DNA of 63,283 nt, counting the filler, from Actinomycetota bacterium (GTDB taxonomy: Bacteria; Actinomycetota; CADDZG01; JAHWKV01; JAOPZY01), in the NCBI GenBank assembly GCA_025963875.1. It is 8 parts of 8 records of this genome, joined end to end, with 100 filler letters (N's around TTAATTAATTAA, not from the genome) between each part and the next. Parts side by side here need not be neighbours in the genome. Positions count along the whole stretch, not along the records: positions 55,760 to 63,283 come from JAOPZY010000108.1; 7 more parts are not named here. The stretch is one strand, 5' to 3'. A model generated the notes under the pieces. That model had not been told where the DNA came from. It worked only from the letters and a program-made list of their open reading frames with translations, and made no database searches. This document shows, one piece after another, positions 56,731 through 63,283 of the stretch. Positions within the stretch are counted from its first letter, which is position 1, and every line of letters begins with the position of its first letter. The position numbers and the translations under genes are program-made.

Positions 56731-57159
56731 TCACCCCAAGATCTCCAGATCGACCCCGAGCGCCCTGTACGTTTCGATCGCTCGCCGATCCCGGGTCGCA
56801 AGCCGGAGCCGGTGCTCGAGCGCCGCTGCGCCAACGAGCGCGTCGTAGACCGCACCCCCGGCGATACCAGCCCCCGCAAGACGGGCGAGGAGCTGCTGGG
56901 CCGCCGCAGCGCCAAGGAAGCGGGACCATGGAAAGTTCCTGGCCAGCAGAGTCTGGGTCGCCTTCGGCGTGCGCCTGAGGGGTGGGGGCAGCCGGGTGAC
57001 CACGGAGAAGGTTTCGAATGCAGCATGCCCGGCGAGTCCGACGCGGCGATCGGCGATCGCATCTGCGGTCGCCCGGTGATGCTCGTGATCCGCTACGACA
57101 AGGGCGACCGCGACACTCGTATCGACCAGGAGGTCAGGCTTGTCACCTCTGACTGGCAT
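56731..57159 (-). CDS. vapC: VapC PIN-domain toxin
   Basis: LVDTSV, AFETFSV, GGAVYDALV, LATRD. Confidence 0.9.
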   Translation of the reverse strand: MPVRGDKPDLLVDTSVAVALVVADHEHHRATADAIADRRVGLAGHAAFETFSVVTRLPPPLRRTPKATQTLLARNFPWSRFLGAAAAQQLLARLAGAGIAGGAVYDALVGAAALEHRLRLATRDRRAIETYRALGVDLEILG

Positions 57160-57376
57160 CCCGGAGGGCCCGGACGAGGTCGTCGTCGATCTGGCTCCCG
57201 GCGGCAGGGATGACCAGGCGTCCGTCCTCCTCGTCGAGCTCGTCGCCGGCCAGCGGCTCGACCCTGAGTCCCGCCCCGTCCGCGATCACCTCGACTTCAC
57301 CTGGCACCAGGCCGACCTGGTCGCGTAATGGTTTCGGAATCACCAATCTGCCTGCCTTATCGATGGTAGTTTTCAT
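57143..57376 (-). CDS. vapB: AbrB/MazE-type antitoxin
   Basis: MKTTIDKAGRLVIPKPLRDQVGL; overlaps vapC. Confidence 0.9.
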   Translation of the reverse strand: MKTTIDKAGRLVIPKPLRDQVGLVPGEVEVIADGAGLRVEPLAGDELDEEDGRLVIPAAGSQIDDDLVRALRDASQR

Positions 57377-57671
57377 GCCCATAGGTTACCAGGCAAAAGG
57401 GGAGGGCCGTCTGCCGACGACTGCTCCCGTGCCGTCAGCCTCCGGAGCAACAGATGGCAGAGTCCATCGAGACGGGTCAACGAGCACGGCGGCTTGGCCC
57501 TGGGGCCGACGCTCCGTGGCCAAGGCAGGCCGCTGCCTCATCGTCCGGCTCGCATCCCCTCGCCGACCGTCAGTCAGCGGCGCGGGCTGTGGGCATCGAT
57601 ACGCCTCATGCCAGCTGAGGCAGGGAGACGGGCGGCGGTCGACCTGGGAGATCTTTAGGAACGGTGACCCG

Positions 57672-59681
57672 CTACCAGGGCCGCGCATCGGGGGTCCCGA
57701 TCAGTCGGTCGATGTCGGCTCTTGCCGCCTGGATCGAGGAAGCATCGGGGCTCCAGAGCCTGGACTGGCCCGGCGTGCTCGGCCGCAGGCCCGCTCGGGC
57801 CCGCGCTCGCTCGACGATTGCGGCCGCCATCACATCCGGCGCGTGGCTCTCGGTGCCAGTTGCCGCTCTGATCTGGCACCATTGGGCGAGGCAGCGCAGG
57901 ACGAAGCTCAGGCCCATGCTGGCAACGGTCTCCTCCCAGACCTGCGTCTCGACGGGGTCGAGCGGCGTCCGGGGCGGCGGAGGGTTGAGCAGCTCGCGTG
58001 CCACGATGGTCGGGAGGGAGGATGCCGCAACGAGTGCCCCGTCGGCACAGAGGTGCGGCAGGGCCTCCCCAACGAGGGGGTCGCCCTGCACGACCTGCCA
58101 CCGGAGCGTGTAGAAGAAGCTGCCGGCGCTGGTTGCCAGAAGCCCCGAGGTCGTGTGGGGCGACGTTGGATGCGGTTGCGTCTCCCGGACAATCATGTCG
58201 AGGGGGTGAGCATCGGGCGGCACCCCGATGGCCCGGAACGGGCCCTGCGTGCCGTAGAGGCGAGCGAGGACCGACATCGGCGAATGAGGGGCGGTTGCCT
58301 TGCCCCGCCAGCGGCAGCCGAGGGCGGCTGCGTCCCAGAATGCCGTGGCCACCTTGGCCCCCAACTTGAACAGCCGTTCGTCGCCGGTGCCGTGGCTCAC
58401 GGACCCGTTGGTTGCCTTCGCCGGCCTCGTTGCTCGCCGCGGTTTGCCGGCGGGGGGTTGACCGCCCGACCGGGCTGGGGAGCGTGCCGGCGCGACGGGC
58501 CGCTGAGGTTCCTGGGACCGGGCCGCCACCTTCGATGCCCGATCCTCCGACGACCCCTGGGGGTGCTCTTGACGAGGCGCGGTGGGAGCCGGCTCGACCG
58601 CGGGCCGCGGAATGCAGGTCCTGCAACCGAGACGGTCGCGCCCGGCTACGAGCGGCGAGCTGTCGCCGCAGTGCGGGCACCGCAGCGGGAGGAAGCCCAC
58701 TCCGCCGGGAACCCACGTGAGCGTGAGGGGAAACGCCCGGTCTCCCCTCCGCACGCTGACGGGCACGCTCAGGGCAGGCACCGCAACGAGATGGAGCCGG
58801 AAGGGTTGGATCTCGTGGCGCGGTTCGAACCGTTCCTCGATCTCGGCAAGCCGGCGATCCCGCTCCGTGATCGTCACCTCCGCCTGGGAGGCGAGGAGCC
58901 CGCGCCGCTCCTGCGGTGCCGTCGCTGCCCTTGCCGCGATGGATTCGAGGGCAGTTGCGTAGTAGGTCGCCGCCCGGCGCAACTCCTCTTCCCGGGCAGC
59001 CCGGGCCTGGCCGGACAGCTCTGCGCGCCTCGCCAACGCCCGCCCCTCGATGAGCGTGTGGGCCGCGGCCAGGGCAGCAGGCAGATCACAATCCAGCATC
59101 GGCCGTGCGGGATCGATGCCCGCCTCGAGTGACCGGCTCGCCACGTGGGCTCGCACGGGGGCCTCCAGGGGAAGGCAGGCCCGTGCATCGATCCACACCT
59201 CTTCGCGCTCCTGGAAGCGGTCCTCGAGCGAGGCGGAATAGCTCACCATGGCACCGACCCGCAGGACCGGCAGGTGCGCTTCCACGGGAGGCGTGCCCGT
59301 AGCGTCCAGCTTGCCGTGGTCCACCCCCAGCGCTGCCCGCGCTCGCAGCACCAGCTCCGTGGCTGATGGTGGCATCGATGCCGGCCAGGCCATGCGCGAG
59401 AACCCCACGTCGGCGCGGTTCAGCGCTGCCGACGCGGCCCGGTCGACGATCGGGTGCCCGTGGATGAGCAGGACCGCCCCCTCCTCCCGGGCCGCTTCGG
59501 GGTCGGCCGTGACGGTCAGCTCCTCGGGAAGGTCGAGGTCGGCCTGCACTGCGTCCGGCAGCAGGAGCAGGGTCGTATCGTCGCGCCGCTCCCAGGCGCC
59601 ACCCCGAGCCTGGGCATAGTCGAGCACGAACCGGAGCGCCTCGTCCGGTGCCGCCGGCGGCGGGCGACCCGCCTGCCTCAC
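57672..59681 (-). CDS. SNF2-associated hypothetical protein (YqhG-like position) with zinc finger
   Basis: GTGA overlap with the SNF2 gene; coiled coil, CPHC...CRTC, low-complexity linker, extra C-terminal domain. Confidence 0.7.
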   Translation of the reverse strand: MRQAGRPPPAAPDEALRFVLDYAQARGGAWERRDDTTLLLLPDAVQADLDLPEELTVTADPEAAREEGAVLLIHGHPIVDRAASAALNRADVGFSRMAWPASMPPSATELVLRARAALGVDHGKLDATGTPPVEAHLPVLRVGAMVSYSASLEDRFQEREEVWIDARACLPLEAPVRAHVASRSLEAGIDPARPMLDCDLPAALAAAHTLIEGRALARRAELSGQARAAREEELRRAATYYATALESIAARAATAPQERRGLLASQAEVTITERDRRLAEIEERFEPRHEIQPFRLHLVAVPALSVPVSVRRGDRAFPLTLTWVPGGVGFLPLRCPHCGDSSPLVAGRDRLGCRTCIPRPAVEPAPTAPRQEHPQGSSEDRASKVAARSQEPQRPVAPARSPARSGGQPPAGKPRRATRPAKATNGSVSHGTGDERLFKLGAKVATAFWDAAALGCRWRGKATAPHSPMSVLARLYGTQGPFRAIGVPPDAHPLDMIVRETQPHPTSPHTTSGLLATSAGSFFYTLRWQVVQGDPLVGEALPHLCADGALVAASSLPTIVARELLNPPPPRTPLDPVETQVWEETVASMGLSFVLRCLAQWCQIRAATGTESHAPDVMAAAIVERARARAGLRPSTPGQSRLWSPDASSIQAARADIDRLIGTPDARPW

Positions 59682-61417
59682 CGCGGCCCGACCTGCTGCT
59701 CGCCCACGAGGCGGTCTGTTCCCTCCCGGCTGGCGAGATAGCCCCGGCGGGCCTGGGCGAGCCCATCTCCGAGAACCTCCAGCCGGTCCGCGAACTCGGC
59801 ATCGTCGGCCGAGGCCAGGTGGGCCTTGAAGATGACCGACTCGAATTCGAAGTCCTCCTCCACGCGCCCCAGGATCATGTCGAGCTCGCCCACCACGAGC
59901 TCGAACAGGTTGATCTTGGCCTCGAGGAGCTCGAGGATCCGTTCCTCGACCGTTCCCCGGGCCACGAGGTTGATGAGCAGGACATCGCTCGTCTGGCCGA
60001 TACGGTGGATCCGCCCCAGGCGTTGCTCGATCTGCATCGGGTTCCACGGAAGATCGAAGTTGACCATGACGTGGCAGAACTGCAGGTTGCGCCCCTCCCC
60101 GGCCGCCTCGGTCGTGAGCAGGATGGGGGCGTCCTCCCGGAAATCGGCGATGGCCTGCTCTTTTGCGTGGCGGCTGAGTCCACCGTGGTAGATGACCGCC
60201 CGCAGCCCGGCGTCGGAGGCCAGGCGCGCGAGGTAGTCGAGGGTCTGGCGAAAGGCGGTGAAGACCACCACCTTCTCCGACTGGGCTTCGTGGCGGCGCA
60301 GGGTCTCCATCAATGCGAGGGCCTTGGCGGTCGGCCCGAGCCGCGTCGCCCGTTCTGCGAGATCGCTCCAGCCCACCTTGGTGAGAATCGGCTCCATGAC
60401 GGCAGGGCTCGACCCGGCCATGCGCTGGAGCGCCAGGAGCGCCATGGCCCGCGACGGGGACGCCTCCCGCCCCTCCCGGCGCACCCGCTCCGATACCGCC
60501 TGGTAGAGGGCCGTCTCGTCGGCCCCCGCCTTGACCGGGATGGTCCGTGCGAGGCGCCGGGGGAGCATGAGGGCCACTTCGCTGCGCCGGTGCCGGACCA
60601 TCACATCGCGCATGGCGGAGCGTAGGGCGGCGAGGTTGCGAGGCTCCCCCCCGTTGGAGCCGTGCCGGGAGCGGAACTCGCGCTGGTTGCCGAGCAACCC
60701 CGGCGAGACGAGGCTCGCGAGCTGGAACAGATCCTCCAACCGGTTTTCCACCGGGGTGGCCGTGAGCAGCAGGAGGTGCCTTGCGCTGATGGCGCGGACG
60801 GCCCGGCCGGTCGCGCTGCGAGGGTTCTTCACCCGGTGAGCCTCGTCGACGATGAGCAGATCCCACTTCGCCGCCGTGAGCTCCTCCCTGAGCGGGGGCC
60901 GCCGTGCGGAGGCGAGGGAGGCGATGAGCACCGGTGGGTCGTCTCCCCGCGCATGGTCGGGGATGCCAGTGGCCGTGAGGACTTCGGAAGGAAGGCCGAA
61001 TTTGCGCTCCAACTCCTCACGCCATTGCTGGACGAGGCCCGGTGGGACGAGGATCAGGATCCGCCTCGCGACGCGACGCAGGCGCAGCTCCGCCAGGATG
61101 AGACAGGCCTCGATGGTCTTGCCGAGTCCGACCTCGTCGGCCAGGATGGCCCGGCCCCGCATCCGGCGGAGCACCGCGGCAGCGGCGTTGAGCTGGAAGT
61201 CGAAGGGCTCGAAGCGCAATTCGGGCAGCGAGACAAAGGTTTCGAAGCCCGGCCGGGACCACAGCCCCAGCGCCCGGTCGACGAGCCGGGATTCTGCCTC
61301 CTCGATGGGCGGCGCCGTCTCGAGTCGGCTGAGCAGTGGAAGGTACGAGTCAGGCAGCGATGCCAGACCGTCCCCGCGGGTGGGGCCTGTGGCTGGGAAC
61401 GGTAGAACTACACTCAT
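59678..61417 (-). CDS. SNF2-family helicase (YqhH-like)
   Basis: LADEVGLGKT, DEAH, LTATP, GEGRNLQ, LPWNP, EQRLGRIHRIGQ. Confidence 0.92.
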   Translation of the reverse strand: MSVVLPFPATGPTRGDGLASLPDSYLPLLSRLETAPPIEEAESRLVDRALGLWSRPGFETFVSLPELRFEPFDFQLNAAAAVLRRMRGRAILADEVGLGKTIEACLILAELRLRRVARRILILVPPGLVQQWREELERKFGLPSEVLTATGIPDHARGDDPPVLIASLASARRPPLREELTAAKWDLLIVDEAHRVKNPRSATGRAVRAISARHLLLLTATPVENRLEDLFQLASLVSPGLLGNQREFRSRHGSNGGEPRNLAALRSAMRDVMVRHRRSEVALMLPRRLARTIPVKAGADETALYQAVSERVRREGREASPSRAMALLALQRMAGSSPAVMEPILTKVGWSDLAERATRLGPTAKALALMETLRRHEAQSEKVVVFTAFRQTLDYLARLASDAGLRAVIYHGGLSRHAKEQAIADFREDAPILLTTEAAGEGRNLQFCHVMVNFDLPWNPMQIEQRLGRIHRIGQTSDVLLINLVARGTVEERILELLEAKINLFELVVGELDMILGRVEEDFEFESVIFKAHLASADDAEFADRLEVLGDGLAQARRGYLASREGTDRLVGEQQVGPR

Positions 61418-61532
61418 GGAATTATCATTCTGTATTCTCGACGGACGTTCCGCAACATCGCGAAAAACGGGTGGGCCGGTCCGACAGCTCCTGGCGTGTG
61501 GCGTTTCGGCGCTACGGCGCTATGTTGGCGTC

Positions 61533-61775
61533 ATGGCGACCATCCACATCCGCAACGTTCCCGAGGCTGTCCGCCGCGTCTATCAGACGCGGGCTGCGGC
61601 GGCCGGGATGAGCCTGCAGGAATACCTCCTGGCCGAGCTCGTGCACAACGCCGGCCTTCGTTCGTCTGCCGAGCTGATCGACGAAGTCGAGGCTCGGATG
61701 CGAGTCGAAGGTCGCGAGGGATTCGCCGCCGCGTCCTCGGCCGACGTTGTACGTGCTGACCGCGACGCACGCTGA
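61533..61775 (+). CDS. FitA-like ribbon-helix-helix antitoxin
   Basis: MATIHIRNVPEAV...RAAAAGMSLQEYL. Confidence 0.88.
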   Translation: MATIHIRNVPEAVRRVYQTRAAAAGMSLQEYLLAELVHNAGLRSSAELIDEVEARMRVEGREGFAAASSADVVRADRDAR

Positions 61776-61786
61776 AGGATCCTGCG

Positions 61787-62212
61787 GTGGCGGTCGTGGA
61801 CGCGAGCGTCTTTGTTGACGCCCTGGTCGGTGCGGGCCGGCCGGGTGAGCTGGCCAGGGCCGAGCTGCGGGGCCGGAGCGTGCTGGAGGTGCCAGCCTTC
61901 TTCGCGGCCGAAGCCACCTCCGCGCTGCGAGGTCTTGTCCGGGGCGGCTCTCTCAGCACACTTCGCGCGGCGACAGCGCTCGAGCAGATCCGTACGGTGA
62001 GGACGATCCAGTACCCGTTCGAGCCGTTTGCTTATCGGGTGTGGGAACTGCGGGACGACGTGACGGTCTACGACGCCTGGTATGTCGCGCTCGCCGAGTG
62101 GCTCGGGGTCGAGTTCGTCACCGCGGATGAGCGACTGGCCGGAGCATCCGGCCTGCACTGCGCGGTCCGCCAGGCCGGTGGCGGCCAGGGCTATCCCGGG
62201 CCGTTCTCGTAA
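61787..62212 (+). CDS. vapC: VapC PIN-domain toxin
   Basis: VVDAS, E, TVYDAWYVALAE, VTADERL. Confidence 0.9.
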   Translation: MAVVDASVFVDALVGAGRPGELARAELRGRSVLEVPAFFAAEATSALRGLVRGGSLSTLRAATALEQIRTVRTIQYPFEPFAYRVWELRDDVTVYDAWYVALAEWLGVEFVTADERLAGASGLHCAVRQAGGGQGYPGPFS

Positions 62213-62259
62213 CCTGCCGGCGGCCGTCCCGGCGACTCCTTTCTCGAAGACTCCCCCGG

Positions 62260-62448
62260 CTGTCGCAAAATGGCGACCCGAGGTAGCGCTTGTCCGGAAC
62301 TCCGCGCCACCCAGGGGCGGCGGAGGAGGAGGTTGGGAGCCTAGCGCGCGCATACGCGCGATTCGCTCCCAACTTCGGACCAGGGCTGGTCGGAAACGGA
62401 GCAATTCGGGCGGAAAACGGGCCGCGCACAACCTCGGAGGCCCCCCTC
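62260..62448 (+). repeat. About 190-bp intergenic repeat, copy C
   Basis: Reverse complement of 33923-34111. Confidence 0.9.
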
Positions 62449-62561
62449 AGTAGAATTTCGCGATGGCCTGCGCACGTCGACTTCTTGACGAAAAGAACGT
62501 CGGGTCACCGGCGATCGGCGAGGAACCGCTTGCCGGCGTTCCTTCTGACAGAGGGCAAAGG

Positions 62562-63281
62562 TCAATAGTCAGGGACGGTGAAGGCCGGATTGTCGCGTAG
62601 CGGAGAATCCGGATCCGTTGGGATCAGCCTTGACGCTTCGATGAGGACTGCCAGGTTTGCAGGATCGCCGATCCCCGACAGTTCGAAGGCGATGGTCTCC
62701 GGTGTGTCGCCTGCCAGCCAGATCTTGATGGTCACCTCTTCGAGATCGGCCACCACGTATGCGAGGTTCTGCAGCGACTGCCATCCGCCGGCTTCCGGAT
62801 CGATATCGAAGCAAACCCAAAAGTGTCCTTCGGGCGCTTGACTGATGGACAGCGGGGGTTGATGGCCGCCGCACGAGGAGAAGGTCCGCAGGCCTGCAAA
62901 GCGGTTCATTGCATCCACGAACGAGGCGATGTTGGCGTCGATCGGATAGGCGCGGGCCGCCCAGGTCTGAGCATCCGCCACCGGCGGCGCCTCGGGTGTG
63001 AGATCCGCCAGGACGTCTGACGTTCTGCTCGACGCCTCTCCCGGGCGCGTCAGCTTGCCTGGATTGTTGCCACGCTTTGCACTCCGTCCTGCCCTCTTGG
63101 CGTACATCTCTCTGACCCAGGCTTCCACTGGCTGCTTCCAGGGCTGACGCGGCGACGGGATGTTCTTGATCAGGGACCGCGGGTTCAGGCCCATCTCCTT
63201 GGCCATCGCGAGGGCGTCGCCGGAGAGCCGGCATCGCTTCTTCGCTTCCCTCCATTGCGCATCCCTGGTCGTCTGTCCCAT
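62562..63281 (-). CDS. Two-domain hypothetical protein
   Basis: Basic helical N-terminus (WREAKKRCRLS..MAKEMGLNP) and C-terminal IDANI..TFSSCGGH domain; start close to window edge. Confidence 0.6.
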   Translation of the reverse strand: MGQTTRDAQWREAKKRCRLSGDALAMAKEMGLNPRSLIKNIPSPRQPWKQPVEAWVREMYAKRAGRSAKRGNNPGKLTRPGEASSRTSDVLADLTPEAPPVADAQTWAARAYPIDANIASFVDAMNRFAGLRTFSSCGGHQPPLSISQAPEGHFWVCFDIDPEAGGWQSLQNLAYVVADLEEVTIKIWLAGDTPETIAFELSGIGDPANLAVLIEASRLIPTDPDSPLRDNPAFTVPDY

Positions 63282-63283
63282 CT

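Noticed and set aside
61436..61486. LexA/PafBC motifs upstream of the SNF2 gene
   Set aside because: TGTCGG has no TAnnnT at 10 nt spacing, and GAAC-N4-GTCG has two mismatches.

Overview
High-GC (about 70%) Actinomycetota DNA, probably from an uncultured lineage. It is not one locus: eight contigs are joined by artificial 100-nt N/TTAATTAATTAA/N linkers. Contig 1: 2-oxoacid dehydrogenase E2, lipB, E1a, E1b, an HtpX-like protease, lipA and the start of a Tad/Flp pilus locus. Contig 2: small oxidoreductase/TetR cluster. Contig 3: HtrA, a PhoPR-like two-component system and lipoproteins. Contig 4: distal spc ribosomal operon (rpsN to secY-adk-map), then a nucleotidyltransferase-kinase paralog pair, a TnpB element and an APH-like kinase. 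Contig 5: DUF2339-like membrane protein and PII. Contig 6: ispG, nfo, an rmuC-NYN-adnA-adnB operon and a ccdA/thioredoxin cluster. Contig 7: methyltransferases. Contig 8: an accessory island with a SNF2 helicase pair between two vapBC modules. The best candidate for a novel system is a 1548-bp transposase-less TnpB element (29135-30682). It is bounded by imperfect terminal inverted repeats and a TA duplication in a CTAG target (IS630/Tc1-mariner-like, not IS200/IS605-like), and its leaderless tnpB sits behind both a PafBC-type (RecA-NDp) promoter and a LexA box. The same PafBC motif precedes the adnAB operon. Two dispersed intergenic hairpin repeat families are also present, one showing compensatory base changes.
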